Part shown: in pieces, positions 1-11,984 of the stretch
How the letters are laid out: the number at the start of each line of letters is the position of its first letter
Position numbering within the stretch: the stretch's first letter is position 1
Origin: Phoronis australis
Lineage: Eukaryota > Animalia > Phoronida
Assembly: GCA_002633005.1 (NCBI GenBank)
Contig: NMRA01000008.1
Location: forward strand, 1,032,880 to 1,068,523
Length of the DNA: 35,644 bases
Direction: 5' to 3'
Translations under genes and position numbers: made by a program
The notes under the pieces: generated by a model
Seen by the model: only the letters and a program-made list of their open reading frames with translations
Told to the model about the DNA's origin: nothing
Database searches by the model: none

Positions 1-59
1 ATGCGCGCTAACAACGCAAACCAGACCCACTCATTGGAAAGCCCATATTTGTCACCAGG

Positions 60-285
60 AAGACTCTTTTTTCACAACGCAGCCCGATATTTCAAGTGAG
101 ATAGCGCAGTTTTGAAAAGATTCCGTCACTTGCCGAGAACGGTTTTTGAGCAACGGCAATGCAAGCCGAATATTTCATATTGAGAAAGCACATCTTTGAA
201 AAGAAGAACCAACACTTGTCGGGAACGGTCTTGTGCGTCGACAGCGCACATTTCTTATTGGGAAAGCCAGATTTTCAAAAATTAA
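60..285. repeat. Degenerate tandem repeat, unit about 83 bp
   Basis: ATTTCAAGTGAGATAGCGCAGTTTTGAAAAGA..CACTTGCCGAGAACGGT recurs as ATTTCATATTGAGAAAGCACATCTTTGAAAAGA..CACTTGTCGGGAACGGT, with a partial third copy. Confidence 0.55.
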
Positions 286-1048
286 TCGCGCAGACCATTT
301 GAGTCTCATTTACCTGCAATTGTACTGCTATCAAATGAACGAGCCAGCAATGTTGATACTACGACCGCTCATCGAAATAATGTACACTCACGAAATTCGG
401 ACACTAGCGGAAACCCAAATTTGGAGGTCCGCCAAATTCGGACACCACAGAAATGATGTTTCTCGAGATTCGTCCAAGAATGAATTTTTTCTATTGGAAT
501 TAATTTTCAGTGTCCGAAAATCACGCGACTTTACCGTAGGTATGAAGAAATGTGAGGGCAAATGTGCCCATTATAGCAAATCATGGACTTCTTCAAAAAT
601 AGTGTCCCTGCAAGGGCACATCGTGTATACAATAACCACAACAAAACTTACAAAATAATACTCACAACCCAAACCCTACAACGCTAATGCTTACACAAGC
701 CCCTGGGGGCTGATTCTCTTTCTGTCCTTTCTACATCACAGATTTTGTTCATGTAGCTCACTTTATGGACAAGGTGAGTTCCATGCTGCTGTAATATGTC
801 TTAAGCTACATGCATGGAGATTGTCTAAGAAGGGTAAACAGTCAGAATACCAAAATAAACGGGATTTTCACCATAGGGTTTCAGAGTTGATAATGAGTGG
901 TGAAGCATTCGAATTGAAATCACAGCCAGAGACAAATGGGTGGTGTCTATAATGAGGGAGACTGTAGTACAGAAAGGTCACTGTACCCAGAGAACAGGGG
1001 TAACCCTTGTAACAGGTACACACCTGTCCAGGGTAAGGTCCAACTTAC

Positions 1049-1228
1049 CTTGAGACACATATTATCAGACAGACCAGGGAACAAATGATGTTCTACGTGG
1101 CAACTGATGAGTGAGTGACCCAGGGCAAAGTCCAGCACAATATTTCGGGACAGATTAAGACATCCCGTAGACATCTGGTAAATCCTCTTTGGTTTGCTTG
1201 CTTTGGAGTACATGGGTAGACCGATGTG
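1049..1228 (-). CDS. FADS6: Fatty acid desaturase 6-like, penultimate coding exon (third His box)
   Basis: 180-nt exon between TTTGCAG| (1229/1228) and AAG|GTAAG (1049/1048). Encodes HIGLPMYSKASKPKRIYQMSTGCLNLSRNIVLDFALGHSLISCHVEHHLFPGLSDNMCLK, matching the FADS6 C-terminal region. Joins the upstream exon in phase (IFQ|HIG). No final exon recognised in 1-1048. Confidence 0.92.
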
Positions 1229-1369
1229 CTGCAAATGTATAAACATTTTTATATGGTTCAGCAACGGAACATATTACGAGAAAAAACTAATTTGAATATT
1301 TGTATGATTTACCACGTGGTAACTTTTTCTTTTTAGAGAATAAGAATATTAAGGCAGCAAGTTTTTTAA

Positions 1370-2054
1370 GGTCACTGTCTACCTTTGTTACCAAAGGTTT
1401 TTGATTTTTTAAAATAACTTTTAAACTATTAATAGTAGACCCATAGTACTATTGTTTTTAAAATCATTGAGTATCACAGAATGTTATTGTGTGCATGAAA
1501 ACAATATTCAGGCATTTGTGATAACGCATCTGCATTTTTTCTAAAAAATCACATTTCGTCATGGAGATGGCCCTATTTTCCATAAACTTTTTTTTCCACT
1601 CGAAACTTGCAAATTCTGTTTCTTTGTTTTATTAGTACAAAACAGGGCGTAGAATTTCCTTTTAAGGCCTATTAGCCCGAGAAATCCACTGTCAAAAATC
1701 AAGATGTCAGCATTTTTCAATAAAACGGAAGTCTTGATTTTTGACATCGGAATCCTCGGGCTCAAACGTCTTTAAAGAAAATCCCAGACACAGTTTTGCA
1801 GCTAATACAACAAAGAAACAGAATTTGCAAGTTTTAAGAAAAAAAACGAGTTTATGAAAAATACAGCAATCTTCGTGAAAAATTGTGATTTTTTTCAAAA
1901 ATGCAGTCACGTGATAACGAACCTCTGAACATTGTTTTCATGCACAAAATAAGACTCTCTGATTCCCGAGGGTTTTAAAAACATATAGTTTTATGGGTTT
2001 ACTATTAAAAATTGAAAAGTTATACAAAAAATCTTTGGTAGCGGAGAAGTGACC
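1370..2054. mobile_element. Long foldback (inverted-repeat) element in FADS6 intron, TTAA-flanked (Kolobok/piggyBac-like MITE)
   Basis: Arms mirror each other around ~1715 (e.g. AAACTTGCAAATTCTGTTTCTTTGTT vs AACAAAGAAACAGAATTTGCAAGTTT; TGTCAAAAATCAAGA vs TCTTGATTTTTGACA). Ends TTAA|GGTCACT ... AGTGACC|ATAA. Confidence 0.8.
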
Positions 2055-2487
2055 ATAAACAAGTTTAAAATTGTAGACAACAACGGCGTTTAGTAGTCTC
2101 CAGCCCTTCTTCCAATGTTAAACTGAGTTGATTGGGACATTTGCATCATTGCTTAAACGGGGGGAGGGGGTTGGCTGTGATGATTTAATGGGGGGGGGGG
2201 GTAAAATTATGATGACAGAGGAGTGATAAAGTTTGTATGATGTAATATGTGAACGCTCCATAACAAGACATGCACCATTGCCATCTCACTTGAGAGATAA
2301 ATGCAACATTCTTTACTTGATGCGTCACAGAATGGATATTATGGTTCTTGGTGGGTGGACTTTCCCTACAGTAGTTGTGACACTTGTCTAAAGCGGTATC
2401 ACCAAGTTTGAGGTGCAGAACTTTGCTGCAGGAACATTCAGATTTGTCCACACCAATGGTAAGTTGTCATGTGAAACAATCTAATAT

Positions 2488-2716
2488 TACGGTAAAATCT
2501 CACCAATTGCAGACAAAAAACTATAGCTGAACTTGCACTTTTTTCATTGTTGCGTATGCCCATTAACTGTCAAAATATTGTCTAGTGGAAGCTCTGATAC
2601 AGAATTTGATCAAGGAAAAACATCAATTTAGTGCTACATATTTTGATAAAAAAATGAAAAAATGAAATGTCACTTGTCCGCCATATTGTATCCTAAACTG
2701 GTGAGACTTTAATGTA
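2488..2716. mobile_element. TA-flanked MITE (Tc1/mariner-like) in FADS6 intron
   Basis: Left TACGGTAAAATCTCACCA versus right TGGTGAGACTTTAATGTA (imperfect TIR, TA at both ends). Confidence 0.55.
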
Positions 2717-2741
2717 ATGTAGCCGCCGGTGTGGCAATATG

Positions 2742-3037
2742 CAGGGGCGGATCCAGGATTTTGAGTTAGGGGGGGGCCAGGGCATGGGAATAACCAGAAA
2801 TTCGGCAGATGCGCACACCCAGGCTAAATTGTGGGGACGCAGAGGCCTCGAATGCAGACCTGTTGACTAAAAAAAAAACGGTAAACGGGGTTTGTTCAGT
2901 TTGTTCAGGACCTATGCTTTGTTTATTCACCCCCGACGAGCCCCTGCTTGCACGCACCTGAACTGCCAAATGGTATCTGGTAGAATTTTAGGGGGGCCAT
3001 GGCCCCCTTGCCCCCCCCCCCCCTAAATCCGCCACTG
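2742..3037. mobile_element. MITE family A (hAT5-like), in FADS6 intron
   Basis: Termini CAGGGGCGGATCCAGG / CCTAAATCCGCCACTG. Exact 5-bp TSD ATATG (2737-2741, 3038-3042). Homologous to 7464-7689 and 20215-20375. Confidence 0.9.
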
Positions 3038-3323
3038 ATATGGTTATCATTTTGGGACATTCCAAGTGCCACAATGATGAGTGTTGAGTATTCATTAGCT
3101 TAATTTTATGATGTATCACAAAATAAGGGAGGTTAACATTTCTCATTTTCTATGGTTGCAGTTGTCGGGATGGCACTCTCAAGAGTTGTCCAGGATTAAT
3201 AAATGGCTTTGTTATTATGAAGCTACTCTTAACATAACACAAAAACACAATACTGTTTTGAGCTTCTTTTAAATAATGCAGTTGTATATACTTGATACAA
3301 TAACAACGTCAAGGGAAACTTAC

Positions 3324-4031
3324 CTGGAAAATGTTGATGTGAATGTATGGTATAGAGAACACAGCCCTGTACAAGAAGAGGGTTAGAACGGCTCCAATGA
3401 AACCATATCCCGAAATGAACATGAGACATAGTATATGTAAAGCCAGTCCGGTGTACAACGACAGTTGATATGAAACAAATGCTATCGTATTTCCCATTTG
3501 CCAAATGTGAGCAGAGCCTACGATGGGTGTAAGAGCGGGTAACACCAGTGGAGCTAGGAACATGTAGACGTATCGAGGCAAAAATGGCACTTTCCAAGAG
3601 CTAGAGTCACCCAATCCGATGATGTTGGTGTATGGGTGGTGGATTTTGATGTGGGTATTGTAGGCGACTGCCAGAGGATACGAGCCAAGAAACTCGACAA
3701 AGAACCAAGACCACAGTCTGTTGAGACGAGAGGAATCACACGCCGCTCCATGAGCAGCAAGATGGCCGCCTTTGTTGGCCAGCACGCTGTGGGCAGAGCC
3801 AAGTAACACGTACGCTGTCAACACAGTGATGAAGTCATTGGATCTCAATAAATAGTAACCAAGAGGAAAAAATAAACCATTCAAGAGATAAACGCACATG
3901 TCCACGCCATATTTCTCCCACCAAGAACTGGTCTCAACAATACGCTTGACTTTGGCACTGAGCTCCATGAACTGTGGTAGCTCTTTAAGCTTGACATATA
4001 CTTTGTGTTCATTTGACATGTCGTTCTCCAT
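3324..4031 (-). CDS. FADS6: Fatty acid desaturase 6-like, large coding exon (N-terminus through second His box)
   Basis: Translation contains SSWWEKYGVD, His box 1 GGHLAAHG, His box 2 HIKIHHPYTNIIGLGDSSSWKVPFL and ends YIHINIFQ. Donor CAG|GTAAG at 3324/3323 (phase 0). In-frame acceptor TTCTGTTGTAG| at 4050/4049, so the exon probably starts at 4049 and the protein may start upstream of ATG 4031. Confidence 0.92.
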
Positions 4032-4832
4032 GGCAACTGCCTTCTCGGTCTACAACAGAAAAATTGGAGCCTGAAATAAACAAGCGTCACACTTCCGTGG
4101 TTAACTTAAACTTTAATCTCACAGGCATAGTACAGTTGCTCCTAAGTCTAACGTTTGAAACCTGAAACAAAACCAAGACATAAGGCCAAAAAGTTAATTC
4201 TGGTCCTGCACCCCGACTCATTTCAAGACCTGTATGCATAGACTAAAAAAACACACGCCCGCATCAATTTCAACCAAGGTCTAGAGTTTTTGAAAAGCTG
4301 CACAATGGTACCCAGCGAAAGGGTAAGCAAAGTTTCAAACTCCATGATTTGCCAACCAATGATTAAAAAATACTACATCATTTTTGCTCGTCTCAGGTGG
4401 ATGTTTTTTTCTTAGAAAAAGTGAACATCTAAAAATACCTTACCAATGACATCAAAAAACACAGACCAAAAGCAACTATGTTTTTTTGGCCCAAAATACT
4501 TTGCGCGTTTTTAACTATTTGTTTTAAGTTTGTTTAGAAATTTAAAACAAATAGCAACAAAGAAGTATGTGCATGCAAATTTAGTGAGAGCCTAAATTCT
4601 ACAAATCGAGGAAATCCCATAAGCACAGTACAATTAGTACATTCGATCTCAGCATTCAAAGTCACCAGGTATTTTGATCAACATGCTCAGCTTTTGATTG
4701 ATTGTCATGACAACACAGTTGCTCTTAATGGGGCAACAAAAAAATTTTGATTTGGACCACTTACCAGTGTGAAATTTGTCTCAATTGCTTCCCGAGACGG
4801 TTTCAGGGCTTCGAAAGAACTGGCAGTGTTAC

Positions 4833-4984
4833 TGTTTGAGATCAGAGCCTACATGTTGGCTTGTCATAGCATCTCACTTTATTGTTTGAGATCAGACCCT
4901 CCATGTTGGCTATAGTCATAGCATCTCATTTTATTGTTTGAGATCAGAGCCTACATGTTGGCTTGTCACGGCGTCTCGTTTTAT
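4833..4984. repeat. Tandem minisatellite, 3 copies of a 50-52-bp unit
   Basis: Unit TGTTTGAGATCAGAGCCTACATGTTGGCTTGTCATAGCATCTCACTTTAT starts at 4833, 4883 and 4935. Confidence 0.9.
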
Positions 4985-6374
4985 GAGCTGAGAAAGGTCT
5001 CCAGGAACTAACAAATTGCCTTAAATCACTGCTCAGGTCGAGTCCATAAATCAGAAGTTCCCTAACCTAGCTGGATGGAACACGGGTTTTACAGTCACTT
5101 CAACTGCAGGTCTCAACACGTAAGGTGTTGAGCCACTGTCACATTCTTCAGTTTAGAGCCACTGCAGTCAAGATTCCAACCAAGTTATGGAAATTATTAC
5201 TCAGCTTTAATGACCTAATTCACAACAAGTTACTAGTAACCAAGAACACACATAACACTGTGGTTTCCCTACACGACTTGGCTGAGCATTCATTGAGATT
5301 GGCAACATCCAGTCGTTCCCACCACCCCCAACTTTAATCCAGGTAAGTACAGTACAGATGGAACAACACACTGACTATAGTGCCCAGTGACTTTGAACCA
5401 TTCACTGAACAATGCCGGCTTCGGCTGTCAGCCTGCACTTCCACCACCTGCACTGTCTCCTCTCAGCATGCGTCCCGCAGACAGCTGTCGACCTCTCCAC
5501 AACCCTAGTACGTTTCCGTTTGCCCTCGAGCACATTCAGGATACCCAGATTTACTTTAATACAGTTACATGCAATCCAAAGCAAATTCAGGTTGTTGGAC
5601 AAGTCCCTAATTAATGGCTGCTGCCACTACAAACCTTACAATCCTTCTAAGCAATTCTGTTGCAGTGCCAAAATTAAGAGCAGTCTTTAAAATTTCGTTG
5701 ATGCCAGAGTATTTGTTCAAGCTGAAAGGATTTAGGCCCTGATCGTGTATAGACCTCCCTGATATTGGGAACCAGTTTGATCCACTGAATAACTGTAACG
5801 TCATTACGTGATAGTCGGGTTCTACTTCTATAGTGTACTGTCCCCGAGCCCAAAGGTGTTCATTTACACTCGAAAAGAACACATAGTAACGTGACTTTCA
5901 AAGAATTAAGTGAGATTTGCAGGAAATGCTTTGGCGTATGGGCTGAATCAGTACAAGTAATGCATTTTTGGAATCACCATGACTAGAGGATTTAGAAAAT
6001 AGTAGTATCAAGTATGTACGTTAATGGAGTCGGATTGTAAACAATAACCCTGAATTACGATTTGTCATCGCCAACTTTTGGCCGGGAATCAGCTGATTGG
6101 TTATGGCATGACAGACGTGACCCGGCAAAGCAACTCAGTGAGTGATGAGGAATGACGCAATGACCGGCGTAGGCCTCTCTATTATTTAGGTAAACATGAT
6201 AAATATCATAGGAAATATGATGCATCGCCTCGGTACTCACAAAATCTGTATTGCCTACGATTCAAAATTTGAATCTTGGTTATTGCACAGAGTTGTTCAA
6301 GAAAACGTACCACAAGTTCCTGTTTAGAACTGCATAAACTGTCAATCTTGACAGAGCACCTTGCTCGACACTTG

Positions 6375-6428
6375 CTGGTTCCCTGCGTGTCCGATAGGGG
6401 GTACCCTAGCGGACAGGCAGGGAACCAG
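6375..6428. repeat. GC-rich hairpin, 25-bp arms with 2 mismatches and 4-nt loop
   Basis: CTGGTTCCCTGCGTGTCCGATAGGG-GGTA-CCCTAGCGGACAGGCAGGGAACCAG. Confidence 0.85.
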
Positions 6429-7463
6429 ACATGGGATATTGTTGTTGCCTCTTAGATTGTACAGATATTCTCATTATTCCAATTAAGTCAATTCTTACGG
6501 CAGTTGCAGTACTTTTCTTATCAACTGCACTTCATTTCTTACTGACTCGGTTCTTTATCCACCAAGGATATACATTATCATGTAAATGCCGTAAATTTAT
6601 TTTGAATATTCGTGAGGTATGCGGAAGGAAACTTAATTTTAAGTTATATTCACTGTAGTTAGTTTGTTTTTGTATTAAACCATGACCATGTTTTCGTGTT
6701 TTGTATAGTTATACATGCTATTCAAAATTTCGATTGCGTGTAATCTGTATCATTTTTCATTAATAATGAAGTTGCATTATTTTATCAGCGTTATACTTAA
6801 ACTAAACAAATTGCTATATTCTATAGCTATTTAATCTTTATGTTTACAAATTGTAAAACAACTGACAATGCAAAAATTTGTGTAAGCTACAAAGCTATAA
6901 AGGAGTCTCAGCAAAACCGTACTGGACACATTAAATAGTACATCATGACAGGCCAACTTGACTAGTGCCTAGTATTGTTCAGTAGCTGGTCTTGCAACAA
7001 GAAAAATCTAGCCCCGCAAAATCACGTGGTCTCATTGAAAATGCACTGTAATATCTCGCAAAATACTGTTTTCCTAGCATGACACTATTATTGAACTCGA
7101 CCCCAGGTCACGACCAATCATCAAGCGAAGTGCCACACTCCTTTTGAAAACTTGAATTCACTTATCAAATGACTATGAACCAATTTGAGACCAATTTCCT
7201 AATGGTTGGTGAGCTGCTAAAATCTCGAGTGGAGCATGGGTATATAACTGCTTGAAAGCGCTGGTGAAGTCAGGAGGAACATGCTTCCCAAAGGTTTGCA
7301 ACATTATAGGCTACAAATTGGAATCCACCTCACTGCCTAACTTAAAAAGCTAAATTTCACAGCTAGGGACAAACTTTTCACTAAAAAATACCCGACAGAA
7401 TGTTTCATCTCAAAACCACGGGGGATTATGTAACAGCTAAAAGTGAATTATCAAAGCTCTTTA

Positions 7464-7689
7464 CAGGGGCGGATCCAGGATTTTGAGTTAGGGGGGGAGC
7501 AGGGCACAGGAATAACCAGAATATCGCCACGAGCGCGCGCCCAGCCTAAAATGGGGGATGCAGGTGTCTCGAATCTAGGGGTTTGTGGACCTTATTAAAA
7601 AAAAACGGTAAACGGGGTTTGTTCATGGTATCTGGAAGAATTTTAGGGGGAGCCATGGCCCCCTTCTCCCCCCCCCAAATTCGCCACTG
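7464..7689. mobile_element. MITE family A (hAT5-like)
   Basis: Same termini and shared internal blocks (AAAAAAAAACGGTAAACGGGGTTTGTTCA) as 2742-3037. TSD CTTTA (7459-7463, 7690-7694). Confidence 0.9.
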
Positions 7690-9788
7690 CTTTATGCATT
7701 TTTGACATGAAGGCTAGCCGGAGTTCTGCAGTGTGACTGGACACGGAAAATGTGACCTTTGACCTTTGATGTAACGGCGAATACAAGCTGCAGCCAGGCT
7801 GGCTTCTTTTTAGCGCAAAGCGCATATACTGTTAGGGGAGGAGAATTTGAAATAACTTTTATTTTGTCTGTGTTTCAAAAATAGTGAATCTGACGATTTT
7901 CTCTAGAAATTCTTGCAATATTTAAAGTGAATAACTGCCACGTTAGCATCCCCAAGAATTAGATACACCGTGATCTGTTTAAAAGGCATTCTTTACCAGT
8001 ATTTGCGTTCCATGCGTCTTAAAAAATATTAAGCCATACACCTGTGGGAACTTTGGTATTTACGTCTACTGACTTGGAATATCCGTTTCACTCAATGGAA
8101 AAGTCGGTTGGTTTGATTTTGTTTTGAGGCGTGTTCTGGTTTCCTGGTTTATATTGTAATCAAAATGGAATCCATAGTGTTAGTTTTGGCTTACTAAACG
8201 GCTTGATTAATCTTTTTTTCTCACTTTGTAGGGCCTAATATGCCTTTAAACATTCAATGCAAGAATTGGGGAACTTTTTATTTAGAAAATTACTTAAATA
8301 CAAGTCAGGCGGTCAGACCACGGACAACGAATCGCGCAGCCTAATAGTAAATTCTCAAGTTTAGAACGTGAAAATTGTGAAGAGGCTCCCTGCCACTGAA
8401 ACAGAAGTCGAACTGTTCACCAGTTATTTGAATGTATGGTTTGGTATCAAAGATTTGGAATTTCTGTTAATGCCAAAGCGGTTTTCCTTTAGTTACAAAT
8501 TTCAAAAAACGATCTGTCGGCTCCTCTTTATTTCGTCCCCACGTCTCTTTTATTTTCTATGGCCACAGAACTCTAAACATGGAATGCTAACTCCCGTACG
8601 TGACCAATGTATTATATTATTTAAAGTTTGTGGTCATTTTTGGTGTCTCCAATTTTTCACGGTGGATGTAGAAAGGGTAAGAAGACATCGTTTTGTTGAA
8701 TTTCTCCATTTTTGAGAACTCCCATAGAGTGTACTTTCTTTCAGTCAGGTGTCAACGTAAACAAAGCCAGTGATAAAGTCAAAATCATCCACTGGTACTG
8801 CGGTCTTGGTTCCAATGAACCAACACCGGAACAAATGAATAATTTGCAGGCATAAAACTTAAACCGGCCAGGCATTCTCATATAAACAACCAATCTTCTG
8901 TGTTAGAATTGTTTGGAATTGTTGGGCCGGTCTCCTTCCCCGGCCTTATGTCTGTTCACCCTGTACGTTATCATAGAGTTATTCATATTTTATTTTTAAA
9001 TGTTGTGACTGAATACACCGGTCAGATGACAGACAAATCACCCATGGCTAGGTTATAATCAAAATCCAATTATTACGGGCAAATAAAACAACAAGAAAAG
9101 TATCCTGTCTAAGTTGGATGGGAATTTGCCTTCCTAAGAAAATGTTTTTATTTAAAAAGACGACCTGGTGAATTCAGTATATCAACAACTGAACAAATCC
9201 TTTTTCAAACCATTTACAAAAGCTGGTAAACACCAGCTTACTCTGTATAGTACATGCAAGAAGTAAAATGAAGCATGTATTTAAATTTTGACGACGAAGC
9301 CATGTCTTCATTACCTTTTGCGATATCAAATTAATGTTTTTTCAATCCTTCACAGAACCATTGCAATTAATTTATTTTGAAAAACATCAATATCTCAGAT
9401 ACAAGATTGCGGTGTTTGTGAAAGAAAAATATTTTACGTTTGCTATGGGAGCGTGATATTGACAGACATTGCACAATGGCGCCAGCTATTCTAATGATAA
9501 AACAAATGCAGATATTGTGTCTGCATTGTTTGATAAGTCGTTCGTAAATTATCAAGTATGTAAAGCTGTTTATATTTACATTTTTTATGTGATGTTGGGG
9601 CGCTGTAACACCCTTTGATGTGTACTGTTGTACAGGGTTCTTCTTCGACATTGGTGTTGTTATGGAGATTTATGCTGATGTGTCGGTTCTGGGGATCGCG
9701 AGGTTGGGGGAGTATTTCGTTTGTCAGCCTAGGTGGAGACGTAGAAATCGCCAGTGAAACTTCATCAGAGGTTTCATTGATTCTGGCC

Positions 9789-9937
9789 CATGGGCGGCGC
9801 AGCACTAAAAATGTGGAGGGTTACAACACCTCAGTCCCCCTATGGTGCACCGTCCATAGACCATGGGTTACGCAGCACTGAAAAAAGTGGGGCTATAGCC
9901 CCCCACCCCCCAAGTCCCCTATGGTGCGCCGCCTATG
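9789..9937. repeat. Tandem dimer of a ~73-bp MITE-like unit
   Basis: CATGGG..CGCAGCACT.AAAA.GTGG...AGTCCCC.TATGGTGC.CCG.C occurs twice. The outer ends CATGGGCGGCGCA / TGCGCCGCCTATG form an inverted repeat. No TSD found. Confidence 0.6.
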
Positions 9938-10311
9938 AATACATATAAAAAACAACTTAATCGAAACTAAAGCTATCTTGAGTAGAAAAATATATTTGTG
10001 ATTGCTAGGCAAGAGGTAGGTACATATGCCAACAAAATGCATTAATTTTATTTGTGCATGCCAACAACTGAATAAGCTGCATTAATTGTGCAGAGACGCT
10101 CACACTGTTAACATTTTATGTATTTTAAGGCAAAATTAAATATAAAAAGTAAAAAATGTATTAAACGTGAATGATTTTGTGACATAAATAAATGAAACAA
10201 GTCAAATTAAAAAATATACAGTACACGTTGAGAAACGTCCTATGTACACTGGATCCGATTCAACACAAACTAATTACTTCAAAGTCCATCTCTTTCAACA
10301 GGTTACGTAAG

Positions 10312-10638
10312 TTAAGTAGAAAGCAGATATTGAACAAAAGCAACCCAAAGTGTAAACAAAAATCTTGAAGGAATCAGCTGTCCTGTACTTCCGGTAGGTG
10401 GCACGAACTTCGTTTCGTGGCGCAAAAATGTTCCAGCCACGCGAAGGGAGCCATTATTAGGGGCCGGCTTTATGCCCAATAACTTGCACATGAGGGGATA
10501 TATGTCGACGGTATCAAACGGATGAGACTGATAATTCGGCATTATGTCCGGGCCTCGGGCTAGGAAAATTGGCTTCATGCTTGATAAGTCGTTGTCATAG
10601 CCATGTGCGCCTTTCCAGTTGAATCCTTCGGGTATAAA
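10312..10638 (-). CDS. ENPP4/5/6/7-like, last coding exon with hydrophobic C-terminal tail
   Basis: Acceptor ATTCTAG|. Encodes FIPEGFNWKGAHGYDNDLSSMKPIFLARGP...DIYPLMCKLLGIKPAPNNGS...FLFTLWVAFVQYLLST*. The five exons total 1320 nt (439 aa plus stop). AATAAA on the minus strand at 10047-10052. Confidence 0.93.
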   Translation of the reverse strand, partial: FIPEGFNWKGAHGYDNDLSSMKPIFLARGPDIMPNYQSHPFDTVDIYPLMCKLLGIKPAPNNGSLRVAGTFLRHETKFVPPTGSTGQLIPSRFLFTLWVAFVQYLLST

Positions 10639-10713
10639 CTAGAATAATATAGAGCATTAGACATGAAAACGAGCACTTATAATTTGATGCAAATCTTCTT
10701 AAAGGGATTTTGT

Positions 10714-10783
10714 TGGGATCAGGATTTGAACCTGCAACCTCCGCGGTCGCGGTTGAACGCTTTGCTAGCGGAGCTAAATCTCA
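10714..10783 (-). mobile_element. tRNA-derived SINE head or tRNA pseudogene in ENPP intron 4
   Basis: Minus strand has A-box-like TAGCTCCGCTAG and B box GGTTCAAATCC at tRNA spacing. The anticodon stem does not pair. Confidence 0.6.
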
Positions 10784-11203
10784 CACGTTAAATACTAGAT
10801 TGGCAGTGTATTTTCAACGGCCTTTATTTCAACAAGCGATGTTACAGACAACGTCGAGAATTGACGATTTGTTATAAAATAATGAAACAACAACGGATTT
10901 TGTTGTTTTATAACTCTAATCAAAGTTAATAACTTCAAAAAGTACATGCGACCCAACAATGATCACAAAAATGCTTGTTTGGACTTAAAACCAATAATGC
11001 CCATTGAGTTTTAAGAAATAATATTAATATGTCATTTTGCTAAAAAATAGATCATCTAGCAATAATGATCGCGTAAAGTGCAAACTTATTTGTGATTTAG
11101 TGGTAGTGCGCTTATCTTGATGTACTAATCTATTTTTCTGTGAGTGCCTAATTGACAAACAGAAATTATGCGGCAGAAATGATATGTTAGTCGTGAAACT
11201 TAC

Positions 11204-11621
11204 GTCAGTTACCATCCATCCTTCGTCAGCCACGATCAATACTGGTGGTATTCTAGAATTATGCTTGTAATGGAATCGGTCGGGAATTTCCTCTTTCAAA
11301 TAAACAGTCATGTTAGGGTGCGCATTTTTCAGTAATTCGTACACGAGTTTGGTTTTATTGGTTTTGGGCCAGACGTGGCACACTGACCCCCTGTCCGGCA
11401 CGGATTCAACGATATCCCACATTTTCCCAGTTACGTTTAAATAGACGGATATATCAATAATCCTGTTTGTTACGTCTACAGACGTCATGCCGTGATCGCT
11501 TGTGAGAATGACGTTGACGTCATCCAGGATGCTTTCGTTTTCCAGCTTTTCCAAGAGATAACCCAACACGGTATCAAGTTCTTCAATTTTTTTCCGTACT
11601 TCACTTGAATTTGGTCCGTAT
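11204..11621 (-). CDS. ENPP4/5/6/7-like, coding exon 4
   Basis: Acceptor TTCTTTCAG|, donor GAC|GTAAGT. Encodes YGPNSSEV...NVILTSDHGM...IPDRFHYKHNSRIPPVLIVADEGWMVTD. 418 nt. Confidence 0.93.
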
Positions 11622-11984
11622 CTGAAAGAAGTAAAAAGCGGAAAATGCGTTTGACCAGCTCTGCAAGGAGTTCACGTACGTAACCGATGTGCGATGATGT
11701 ATAAATACGCGATATCGAATTTGCTTCGTATTTCTGACACAGAGTTGAGAATACCAGGACAATAAGACCTAAAACGGTAAAACTTTAGGTGGAATTGCTG
11801 GTTGGTGCAATTAACATGATATCGATTTCGCGCTTCAGTTTAGCTGACGTCATCACGCCAACAAGTGCACCGATTGGTCCCCTCCTTCATCGCAGTTCCA
11901 TGTTAATGTCGTCTGAGTAACGGCAACACATTTATAATTACTTTTCCGCATATACTGCGTTGGTGTCAATTGTAAGCAAATGCG

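Noticed and set aside
1-1048. Last FADS6 exon, and ORF 233-658 as a gene
   Set aside because: No FADS6 C-terminal sequence recognised. The ORF overlaps degenerate repeats and a MITE-like end (TTTACCGTA at ~538).
3229-4090. Alternative-frame ORFs 3229-3597, 3554-3802 and 3881-4090
   Set aside because: Shadow frames of the FADS6 exon with no recognisable motifs.
4833-4984. Regularly spaced repeats as a CRISPR array
   Set aside because: The whole unit repeats with no unique spacers, no cas genes are present, and the context is eukaryotic.
5125-5882. Cluster of overlapping short ORFs on both strands
   Set aside because: No motif, no consistent splice frame and no preferred strand. Probably UTR, intron or repeat.
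7983-8245. TTAA-flanked Kolobok-like MITE (AGGCAT...ATGCCT)
   Set aside because: Only about 6 bp of inverted match in AT-rich DNA, too weak to call.
10714-10783. Functional tRNA gene
   Set aside because: The anticodon stem does not pair and the acceptor and T stems have mismatches. A SINE head or pseudogene fits better.
11024-11203. C-terminal extension of ORF 11024-11569 as protein
   Set aside because: It reads through the GTAAGT donor at 11203 into intron. NPP homology resumes at 10638.
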